Translations under genes and position numbers: made by a program
Assembly: GCF_004010195.1 (NCBI RefSeq)
Contig: NC_057719.1
Coordinates: 88,005,352 to 88,069,351, forward strand
Source of the DNA: Chiloscyllium plagiosum
Lineage: Eukaryota
Length of the DNA stretch: 64,000 bases
Reading direction: 5' to 3'
Notes under the pieces: model-generated
What the model was told of the DNA's origin: nothing
The model's input: only the letters and a program-made list of their open reading frames with translations
Database searches by the model: none
In this document: piece after piece, positions 27,201 to 39,200 of the stretch
Layout of the letters: each line of letters starts with the position of its first letter
Numbering within the stretch: the stretch's first letter is position 1

Positions 27201-30200
27201 TGGTAAGCATATCAAAAGTGACCATCAGTGCAGATACGTTGAAGCAAGTAGAGGGGCTATCTGTGACTGAGTTTAGGAAGAGCAGTAGAATGGAAGAAAA
27301 GGCAAAAGGATTTGTGATGGATGTAAAGTTCTGAGGATGAGAAATTGCTTCAGGCAGGGGTGTATGGTGGGTAACTTGCAGTGGAGCTTGGTTGGGTTAG
27401 AGAAGAACTTGGAAGAATAAGCTGAGACATTGAGGTGATTAAAAGCAGGTCAAGTGGCAGGAGTATTAGTTGATGAATACCATTGCCATACTTTGAGTGG
27501 GGTGGGTAATAGAGAAAATTACTTAAATTCATATAGTGTTCCTCACAACTGAACATCCAGCAATCTCAAAATAATGTGTAGGGTATTAAATGTTTTGAGA
27601 GTGTGGTTACTATGTAATGTAGGAAAGTACAGTTAAGGTGGAAGATGTCACCACCTGTCAGCCAACTTCAATTCAACATCAGTGCTTTCTTCCCAGTAAG
27701 GTTATGGGATCCGATGCTTTATTTGTTAGTGAGCAAGCTCTAGGGGGAAATGCAGGGAAAGGTAGTAATTGTTCCACAGGTACAACCCAAATGGTAATAG
27801 TGGGAAGGTTAGTGAACTTTAGTCCCTAGCAGGCATGCTGTGTGGAAAAGTAGGTGAGAGATGTAGATAGGGAAGTTGTTTCACTGGACCAGTGAAACAT
27901 ATAGATAGGCACAGATGTGAGTACATCTTGGCAGCCTTGAACCTGTGACCAAGTATTCAAGAGAGCAGAAGGGAAAATGTCATGACTTGGGTGGCACAAT
28001 TGAGCATTAGGAAAGGAAGTTGTTTTTCATTGTTTTCATGCAGTAAAACTCAATGAGCTTGGGGTTTGATCTGTCTTGTTTATTTCAGCTGAATTATTGG
28101 CCAGGAAACAGCCTCTAAAAGCCAGTGAGGTTTATTCTGATGATGAGGAGGAGGAGGAGGAAGAGCAGTCAAGTGTGAAGAGTGATCGATCATCTAGGTC
28201 ATCATCTTCTGACGAAGAGGAAGAGTAAGTTCTTAATGTGATTGTGACCTACCTGCAGTGAACATCTTTGGCTAACTAGGATCTTAATTTGAATTATTGT
28301 GGCTTGTTATATTCCTGTTAACACAAATACATTTCAGGGCATGTTTCACTGCTGTGTAATATTGAACAGCAGATGGAATAAAACTTTACCTTACGCCTGA
28401 AGTGTTGGAGTAGAAGGGCATGTAATCTAATGGTTTAAGGGTCAGTTGTATGGCCGAGTCTGATCTGCTGACACATGACTCGGAGTCATAGAGATGTACA
28501 GCATGGCAACAGACCCTTTGGTCCAACTCGTCCATGCCGACCAGATATCCCAACCCAATCTCAATCCCACCTACCAGCACCCGGCCCATAACCCTCTAAA
28601 CCCTTCCTATTCATATACCTATCCAAATGCCTCTTAAATGTTGCAATTGTATCAGCCTCCACTACCTCCTCTGGCAGCTCATTCCATACACGTACCATCC
28701 TTTGCGTGAAAAAGTTGGCCCTTACGTCTCTTTTATATCTTTTACCCCCACCCTAAACTATGCTCTCTAGTTCTAGAGTCCCTGACCCCCGGGAAAAGAC
28801 TTTGTCTATTTACCCTATCCATGCCCCTCATAATTTTGTAACCCTCTATAAGGTCACCCCTTAGCCTCTGACACTCCAGGGAAAACAGCCCCAGCCTGTT
28901 CAGCCTCTCCTTATAGCTCAAATCCTCCATCCTTGGCAACATCCTCGTAAATCTTTTCTGAACCCTTTCACGTTTCACAACATCTTTCTGATAGGAAGGA
29001 CACCAGAATTGCACGCAATATTCCAACAGTGGCCTAACCAATGTCCTGTACAGCCGCAACATGACCTCCCAACACCTGTACTCAATACTCTGACTAAACA
29101 CCTTCCTGTCTACCTGCAACTCCACTTTCAAGGAGCTATGAACCTGCACCCCAAGGTCTCTTTGTTCAGCAACACTCCCTAGGACCTTACCATAAAGTGT
29201 ATAAGTCCTGCAAAGATTTGCTTTCCCAAAATGCAGCACCTTTCATTTATCTAAATTAAACTCCATCTACCATTTCTCAGCCCATTGGCCCATCTGATCA
29301 AGATCCTGTTGTAATCTGAGATAACCACCTTTGCTGTCCACTACACCTCCAATTTTGGTGTCACCTGCAAACTTACTAACTATATCTCTAATGCTCACAT
29401 CCAAATCATTTATATAAATTATGAAAAGTAGAGGACCCAGCACCGATCCTTGTTGCACTCTACTGGTCACAGGCCTCCAGTCTGAAAAACAACCCTCCAG
29501 CACCACCCTCGTCTTCTCCTTTGAACCAGTTCTGTATCCAAATGGCTAGTTCTCTCTGTACTCTGAGAGATTGAAACTTGCGAACCAGTCTCCCGTGGGG
29601 AACCTTGTCGAGCGCCTTACTGAAGTCCATATAGATCACATTTGCCCTCATCAATCCTCTTTGTTACGTCTTCAAAAAACTCAATCAAGTTTGTGAGACA
29701 TGATTTCTCACGCACAAAGCCATGTTGACTATCCCTAATCAGATCTTGCCTTTCCAAATACGTGTACATCCTGTCCCTCAGGATTCCCGCCAACAACCTG
29801 CCCACCATCGACGTCAGGCTCACTGGTCTATAATTCCCTGGCTTTGTCCTTACCACCCTTCTTAAACAGTGGCACCACGTTAGCCAACCTCCAGTCTTCT
29901 GGACCTCACCTGTGACTATCGATGATACAAATATCTCAGCAACAGGCCAGCAATCACTTCTCTAGCTTCCCACAGAGTTGTAGGGTACACCTGATCAGGT
30001 CTGGGGATTTATCCACCTTTATGCATTTCAAGATATCCAGCACTTCCTCCTCTGTAATTGGACATTTTGCAAGACTTCACCATCTATTTCCCTACAGTCT
30101 ATATCTTCCATATCCTTTTCCATGGTAAATACTGATGCAAAATACACGTTTAGTATCTCTCCTATTTTCTGCGGCTCAACACAAAGGCTGCCTTGCTGAT

Positions 30201-33200
30201 CTTTGAGGGGCCCTATTCTCTCACAAGTTACCCTTTTGTCCTTAATGTATTTGTAAAAGCCCTTTGGATTCTCCTTAATTCTATTTACCAAAGCTATCTC
30301 ATGTCCTCTTTTTGCCCTCCTGATTTCCCTCTTAAGTATACTCCTACTTCGTTTATACTCTTCTAAGGATTCACTCGATCTAACCTTACATATGCTTCCT
30401 TCTTTTTCTTAGCCAAACCCTCAATTTCTTTAGTCATCTAGCATTCCCTATACCAACCAGCCTTTCCTTTCACCCTGACAGGAATATACTTTCACTGGAT
30501 TCTCACATTCTCATTTCTGAAGGCTTCCCATTTTCCAGCCATCTCTTTAACTGTGAACATCTGCCCCCAATCAGCTTTTGAAAGTTCTTGCCTAATACCG
30601 TCAAAATTGGCCTTTCTCCAATTTAGAACTTCAAGTTTTAGATCTGGTCTGTCCTTTTCCATTGCTATTTTAAATCTAACTGAATTATGGACTCAATAGT
30701 TGTGTGCAAGATACCTCTTATATAAGTAGCCTATGGACTTGACAGAGTGAAAATTTGAGTGGTGGGTGTACACACTGCTGAATGTTTTGCTGGGGTCAGA
30801 TGGATGAAAATTGAAAAGCTGTCATTGAAGAAACCATAGGTTTACCGAGAATGTATATTGATAGAAGAGGAAGTATGAAGTTTGGAAATTGCGTGAGACC
30901 CGAGAAAGACATTTTTCAGGGTTGTTGGAGAGAGTTAATTGTTTGATAATTAATTGTCTACAGTTAAGACCATGAGAGGTGAGGAGGTGCATGTGCTGAT
31001 GGGAAAGTTTTCATGTAGTGGCTGGGCAGTGAATTTCGATGAGATAGCTAGGGGAGCAGAGATGGAATTAATCGAAGGAGAGTTGTTGCTCAGTGCTGTG
31101 CATTGTGGAGGGTTTCTTGAGTTGAGGCTGACATAAAAGAGCATTGAGAGAAGTGGAACAGATTTAGATGTTTAGAGGTGGAAGTATTAGAGAAGTAGGG
31201 AAAGTGACCAGTGTGAGACTTGATGTTTGGTGCTACTCTCCCACCATGGATGTTTGGGTGACAATGCTACAATAAAGACTATAATTAGTTAAGCTTCACC
31301 CCGCGTTTGCTGTAAGGCTGGGGGTTGTAAGTGCATTGTTCACATGGGAGTCAGCACTTGTTAACTTCCAAGCAGTGCAAGATGGCAGTGTTTGTGGGAT
31401 GAGAAGAGAAGGGATTAGGAGTGAGAGGAGGATGTTCCCTCTAGAGACAGTGAATACCAGTGTTCCTAATGAATAGGGTGTTAATCCTGTGCCAGGAGAG
31501 TAGGAAGAAAGTGTTTGAGTAACACTTCTATTTAAAAAATGCAACTTCCAGGAGGGGTGGTGCGGCTATAGTGAATCTCTTCAGAGTTAATACTGTAGAT
31601 AGGTAGATCAAGTTCAGTCCCAGAGGCCTGATCTAGAGTGGACAGCAATGGGAACAGGACACCTCGCTAATACTGCGGAGATTGACGATGGTGTGGTGTT
31701 GTGATGCTTGCTATGTCAGATACTGATATCAAGATTTCAGTACATTGTTGCTAAAATTAACTTCATTTGCATTGGTACAGAAAAGAGGAAGTTCCAGCCA
31801 AGTCGCTGCCGGTCACTTTACCAGAGGAACTCAACAAAATCAGGCTTTCACGCTATAAGCTGGAGCGATGGTGTCACATGCCCTTCTTTTCCAAGACAGC
31901 AGTTGGTTGCTTTGTTCGCATTGGCATTGGAAACAGTAATGGCAAGCCGGTATACAGAGTAAGTATCATCTGGTGTATTTGATCAATGTGAAGCTATGAT
32001 GGAGAAGGAGAAAGTGAGGACTGCAGATGCTGGAGATCAGAGCTGAAAAATGTATTGCTGGAAAAGCGCAGCAGTTCAGGCAGCATCAAAGGAGCAGGAG
32101 AATCGACGTTTCGGGCATAAGCCCTTCTCCAGGAAGGCTATGATGGAGAAGGTCAGCATGAGACTGAGACCATAAGATATAGTAGCAGAATTAATCCATT
32201 TAGCCCATTGAATCTGTTCCACCATTTGATCATGGCTGATATGGTTCTCAACTCCCCCTCTCCTGCCTTCTCCCCATGACCTTTGATCTCCTTACTATGA
32301 GGAACCTATCTATCTATCTCTCAAATACTCAATGACTTGACCTCCAAGCCATCTGTGGTTATAAGTTCTACAGATTCACCACCTCTGGCTGAATAAATTC
32401 CTCAACTCCATTCTAAAGGGTAATCCATTCACCCTGAAGATGTGCCCTTGTGTCCCAGTGTCTCCTGCTAATGGGAACATCTTCTAACGTCCATTCTATC
32501 CAGACCCTCAGTATTCTGTAAGTTTCAATCAGATCCCCTCCTCATCCTTCTAAACTCCATCAAGATCCCTCCCATTCCACCATGGACATGCAGGTCTGGG
32601 GCCACCTCCATGGCCAAACCCTAACCATCCGATGCCTGGAGGAAGAATGCCTCGTCTTCCACCTTGGGACCCTCCAACCACACGGGGTCAATATCGATTC
32701 CACCATTTCCCATTTCCACCCCCAATCTTATCGCAGTCCCAACTTTGCACCGCCCTCTTGAACAATCCTATCTGTCAATCTTCCTTCCCACCTATCTGCT
32801 CCACCCTCCTCTCTGACCTATCACTTCCCCCCCCATCTTCACCTACGTATCGCATTCCCAGCTACCTTTTCCCTAGCCCCACCTTCCTCCCATTTATCTC
32901 TCAGCCTCCTTGACCCACAAGCCTCACTCCTGATTAAGGGCTTATGCCCGAAATGTCGACTGTCCTGCTCCTCAGATGCTGCGTGACTGGTTGTGCCTTT
33001 CCAGTACCACACTTTTCGACCAAGACCAGAGTCCTCAACCGCGCCTTATGACAAGCCCTTCATTCTTGTAAACCTCTGCTGGACCCACTCCAAGATCAGC
33101 GCATCCTTCCTTAGATATGGGCCCCAAAACTGTATTCCAAATGCAGTCTGACCAGACCTTTGTACAGCCTCAGTGGTACATTCTTGCTGTTGTATTCTGG

Positions 33201-36200
33201 CCTAATTGAAATGATTGCAAACATTGCATTTGCCTTCCTATCTGCAAGACAATCTTTGAATACGAACTAGTACTCCAGTGGCCCTTTTCAGATTTCCAGA
33301 GCCTGTCCCTATTTAGAAAATAGTCTGTCTCTATTCTTCCTACCAAAGTGCATAAACCTGCACTTACCCACGTTGTATTCCATCTGTCACTACTTTGCCC
33401 ACTCTCTTAGCCTGTCCAAGCCTTTCTACAAGTATTCCTGAAGAAGGGCTTATGCCTGAAACGTCGATTCTCCTGTTTCCTGGATGCTGCCTGACCTGCT
33501 GCGCTTTTCCAAAAACACATTTGCAGCTCAAGTCTTTCTACAGCCTCTTTGCTTCAATTATTTGTCCATTCACCTATCTTTGTCATCTGCAACCTTAGCA
33601 ATGTCCTTAGTTCCTTCCTGCAGATCATTGATGTATGAGGCTGTGACAGATATTTAAAGTCAATGTGTGTCTCCATTCCATTCATATTTTGTTGAAAGTT
33701 TCTCTGAATTTCCCATCTTGGCTTTAAACAACACTGCACACTTTTTTGCCAGCATTATCGTTTGACTGTAAACCAGTTTCAATGCACCGTGTCTGCATTA
33801 GCCTATTCTCTGCAACTGACAAATACACCTTTAATGTTCCTGACAGGCTTTTAATATTGATTAGCTTGGTTCACTACTTCTACTGTTGTCCATCCTGATT
33901 GCCCTGTACTGTATGAGTATTGGTTTTACCATTAGTAGTCCCAGCACGAAAAAAGTGTGCATGTGGCTCATTGAAAATATCTCTGCCTACTCACAGGTCG
34001 CAGAAATCACTGGTGTTGTAGAAACTGGAAAGGTCTACCAGTTGGGCAGCTCAAGAACAAACAAAGGCCTGCAGTTACGGTAGGTTCAAAGGAAATGACA
34101 AGAATTGAAACTAAGGTTTTCTGAGTCGAGGGGTTGTTGTCCAGTTTCTCCCACTGTTCCCATGTTTTTACGAGGTGTTGTCTGGTCTGCAATATTTCAT
34201 GTGATTGCAGTGGGGCAGTCTTTCAAAGATTGTACCTTTTGTAGGCTGTGATTTCAGTTGAAATTAACTGATCTGCTAGAAATTCCTAATTGTAATATCC
34301 TGTATTCCTTAGCAGTCAGTGGGAAGGAAAAATGCCCCCCTCTATGTTGAACACATTTTATTCTGGCAGCTTCTTTCTTTAGCTTCTGCCTTTGTTTGTA
34401 CTCTTGAACTTAATAGATGCTTTATGTGGAACCAACCCTGTGATCCAGCACTTGAATAACCACTCATCAGAACTCTGCCAATGTGGTGGTTACCAGTGTG
34501 GCTTGAAACATATTTGGCATTTCAGTGTAACTGAATCCTGTACTTAGCAAAAGCCAGCACGGAATCTTTCCTGCTAGAATCAAACATTGTTGAAATTGAG
34601 GTTCGTAAGATGTTTAAAGGAGCTGATAAGATAGAGGGAGTAATTAATTTATGTGATCAGGCATAATCATAATATGCTGTTGGAGGTGCAATATCTGGAA
34701 GGGCTTCTTCACATAAGGGATAGCAGAAATCTAGATTTTACTGTCCCGTATGAACTTGTGCTCAGACAGACTTGAGTCTGTGTAACAGTTAAATATTTCT
34801 AAATGGGTTATAGCTTGTTAGATAAAAATCTGTTTAGAAATGTGCAACCATGGCAGATAATGCAGTTTAGATATGAACCAGCCCACAATCTAACTGAATA
34901 ATGGGCTAGGTGGTCGTCTCCTGTTTGAGAAATTAGGGCAAGTTGGTCTGACTTCCATCTAATTATCTCCAGGTTAAAGGAAATAAGTGCAATGCCAATT
35001 AAATGACCAGGGACGTAACTGGAAAGGCTCTTGTGGTGCGCTGGTAGTGTTGAGAAAGTCTGCATTTCATGCCCCGCCTGCCCAGACACTCTCATAGCGA
35101 ATCTATCAATATTGATCAGAACCAACCCAGTGACTAATTGGACTGCTGGATGTTGGTGTATTGATTCCTACAACATAAATATGATTGCAGCATTAGATCC
35201 AGCGATTCTTGGTCTGGAAGTTCCTATAAATACTTCGCTGAGTTCAGCCAATTTCTTAGCGTTCAGTCTCAATGAATGATTGGAGTTTTTCTCATGTAAT
35301 CTATATAGGGTGAATTGGCCATGCTAAATTGCCCGTAGTGTTAGGTAAGGGGTAAATGTAGGGGTCTGGGTGGGTTATGCTTCGGCGGGTCGGTGTGGAC
35401 TTGTTGGGCCGAAGGGCCTGTTTCCACACTGTAATGTAATGTAATCTAATCTAATAACTAAAGTTAGATACATTACAATTCATTCTTTTAATATCAGACT
35501 AAACTGGAAGATGGTGAAACATTTTAGTCAAATTATCCGTCACCACCTAATGGCTAGCGTTTTTGCTGGGGATTCTGTTTGAAACTTTCAGCCCTGTCTT
35601 TATCACTTGAACCCTCAGATATATTGATATTATTCTCTTCATTCTTTACTGCCTGTGGTACATTCTTTGGTTATTTTCCCTTCTTGAGACCCTCTTGTTG
35701 ACTTAGAGTAATAAAGCTGGACAGCATGGAAATAGACCCTTCTGCCTGTCTTGTCCATGCTGACCGGATATCCTAAATTAATCTAGCATTTCACCATATC
35801 CCTCTAAGCCCTTCCTATTCATGTACCCATCCAGATGCCTTTTAAATGTTGTAATTATACCAGCCTCCACCACTTCCTTTGGCAGTTCATTCCATACACC
35901 CACCTTGCTCTGCATAAAAGGGTTCCATCCCAGGTCCCTTTCAAATCTTGCCCCTCTAGTTTTTGGCTCCCCTACTCTGGGGAAAGACCTTGTCTATTTA
36001 CCCTATCCATACCCCTCATGATTTTATAAACCACTATATGGTCACCCCTCAGCCTCCAACGCTATAGGGAAAATAGCTCCAGCTTATTCAGCTGCTCCCT
36101 ATAGCACAAGCCCTCCAATCCTGGTAACATGCTTGTAAATCTTTTCTGAGCCCTTTCAAATTTCACAACATCCTTCCTATAGCAGGGAGACATATTCCAA

Positions 36201-39200
36201 AAGTGGCCTAATCAATGTCCTGTAAAGCTGCACCATGACCTTGCAACTCCCGCACTCAATGCATTGACCAGTAAAGGCAAGCATGCCAAATGCTGCTTTC
36301 ACTATCCTGTCTACCTGCGACTCCACTTTCAAGGAACTATGAACCTGTACTCCAAGGTCTCTTTGTTCAGCAACACTCCCCAGGACCTTACCATTAAGTG
36401 TATAAGTCCTGCTAAGATTTGCCTTTTCAAAATACAGCACCTCACATTTATCTAAAATAAACTCCATCTGTCACTCATTGGCCCATCTGATTAAGGTCCC
36501 ATTGTACTTTGAGGTAAAATTCTTTGCTGTTCATTGCGTTACTAATTTTGATGCCATCTGCAAATTTACTAACTATGCTTCCAATCTTTACATCCACATC
36601 GTTTATATAAATGATGAAAAGCAGTAGACCCAGCACTGATCCTTTCAGACAGGACTCCAGTCTGAAACGCAACCCTCTACCACTACCCTCTGTCTCCTAC
36701 CTTTGAGCCACTTCTGTATCCAAATGGCTGCTTCTCCCTCTATTCCATATAGAGTCATAGAGTCACAGCACAGAAACAGACCCTTTGGTCCAACCTGTTC
36801 ATGCTGACCAGAAATCCCAACCTATTCTAGTCCCACTTGCCAGCACCCAGCCCATATCCTTCCAAACCCTTCCTATTCAAATATCCATTCACATGCCTGT
36901 TAAATGTTGCAATTGTACCAGCCTCTGCCACTTTTCTTCTGGCAGCTCATTCCATGCATGCACCACCATCTGTGTGGAAAACGTTGGCCCTTAGGTCCCT
37001 TTTATATCTTTCCCCTCTCACCCTAAACCTATGCCCTCTAGTTCTGGACTCCCCCACCCCAGGGAAAAGACTTTGTCTATTTATCCTATCCATGTCCCTC
37101 ATGATTTAATAAAACTCTATAAGGTCACCCCTCAGCTTCCAATGCTCCAGAGAAAACAGCCCCAGACTATTCAGCCCCTCCCATTAGCTCAAATCCTCCA
37201 TCTCTGGCAAGATCCTTGTAAATCTTTTCTGAACCCTTTCAGGTTTCACAACATCCTTCCAATAGGAAGGAGACCAGAATTGCTTTGTTAACCACTGGTC
37301 TTCCATTTGGTATGCTGATAAATAGGTTATTTCATTAAATTTCTTTTTAACTAAATCTTACCGCCAATGGCTTGCATGGTATAGGAACACAAAGAGCACT
37401 TTTTTTTATCGAAAACGTGCTCTTCAGTTTCCTTGTTTTTAATCATCTGTTGAGAAATTATAAGATGTTCTTGAGCAACCTTTGTCAGATTGAACTTCTC
37501 TGGGTAATACATATCTGGTGGAAAATTGAATTGACCCTTCAATTATCATCTGGGTGTAGCAATCTTGAAGGGATAGGATGGGAATCTCAGACCAATCCAG
37601 TGCAAAAATATTGACGTTCTATTTTGACCTATACAATGCTCACAATCTTACTAAAAGGTTTCATCAAGCAGATATTGAGATCCATGGAGCTGGTTAAATT
37701 AACATCTGGGCTTTCCCAGCCATTTGATAAGCGGCGTGTCTTGCAGAAGTCAGTCACGTTGGTTTCAGTACTTCCCAGATCAATTGCAAGCAGCAGTGAA
37801 GGGTGCAAGTCTTATTTTCCGTCCAGTTTTCCCTCTAATTACAGAAGTGTGATTTTTTTTTTCCCTCTAGACATGGGTCAGATGAGCGGGTGTTTCGTCT
37901 TGAGTTTGTGTCAAACCAAGAGTTCACAGAAACGGAGTTTATGAAATGGAGGGAAACGGTGAGTTCTGTGGTGGGGTGGGGTTTGTTCACTTCAGTTTTA
38001 TGTGTCTAATCTTGAGAGGCACTGTGGCAGCTAGTTAACTGCAAAGCTGATGTCTTCATCTGACCAATTCCTCTGCTACTTGACGGATTTCCATGTTGAA
38101 TACAATCAGATAGGGGTCCCTGCTGTCAAAGCTTTGGGAAGCTCCCAAGATAATAGTGGTGCATGGTTTGCAGCCCTGCTTATGGCTTGGAACAGTGAGG
38201 AGGATTTGTGGTTCAGCGTCGCAGTAGGACCAGACTGTCATTGAGCTTCCTTAACTTGATTCCCATTATTACAGATAATGATGGGAGGAATGCAGTTACC
38301 AACCATGGATGAAGTTAACAAGAAGGAACAGCAGATCAAACAGGCACTGGAGTATAAATTCAATGACCGTGACATTGAAGAGGTATGTGCTGGATCAAAA
38401 GCCAACTGGTTGGACAAAGTTGCCAACATGTCTTTTTCCCTCTCTCTAATATCGCTTAATTTCTTGATTTTTTTTCTCTGTCTGATCAACCTCTTTAGAG
38501 ATTCTATTATACACCTTTTGGAGGAGGTGTGAGTTGAACCTAGACTTCCTGGTCCGGAGGTAGGGATACTACCACTGTGCCACAGAAACCCCTGCTTAGT
38601 TTGTTTTGTGGTTTAACATATTTCATTCAGGTGAAGTTCAAACTTTATCTCTATCCAGGTAGGAGAAAGGCGCTTACTAATTCGTGGGTCACTTTTGACA
38701 AACTTCCAGCAGAGCACACTGTCAACCTAGTGTCTGACCTTGTTCCACATCATACACCAACCATTCTGCAGCTTGTACATTAGAAAATATAATGCCAGAA
38801 TTGGGGCATTTTCATTCTGTGGGTCAGAGTGATTCAGATCAACTTTGTCCATATAACAAGCTTATATGTCATGTCTATCATACTGTGACTAATTCAACTC
38901 TGATTCAAAAGGTGACTGATTAGTATTTAACAGTTTTTTTTGGGGGGGGGGCGGGGTTGCGGGCTCAATAGATTTGTACTTCATAAAAATGATGCATTTT
39001 TTTCTTCCTGTCTAATCATTACGGTAAATGGGCTACTTTATATCAAATGGCCAATGCAGCAATATATTATTTGACTATGTTATGAATGGAAGTCAGATTA
39101 AAATGAGTTATTGCACTTGAACCACATCTATGGTAAACATCAAGTTTAAATTAGGTCTTGAACACCAGGGGTTTTCAGGAGTCTCTTCCTCAGTACCAGT

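Larger units (their letters stand above)
32170..33630 (-). mobile_element. Older CR1 LINE 3' fragment interrupted by two Penelope-like insertions
   Basis: CR1 tail (ccataagatatag...gaattaatccatttagcccattga) and ORF2 remnants that continue across the insertions. Confidence 0.7.
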
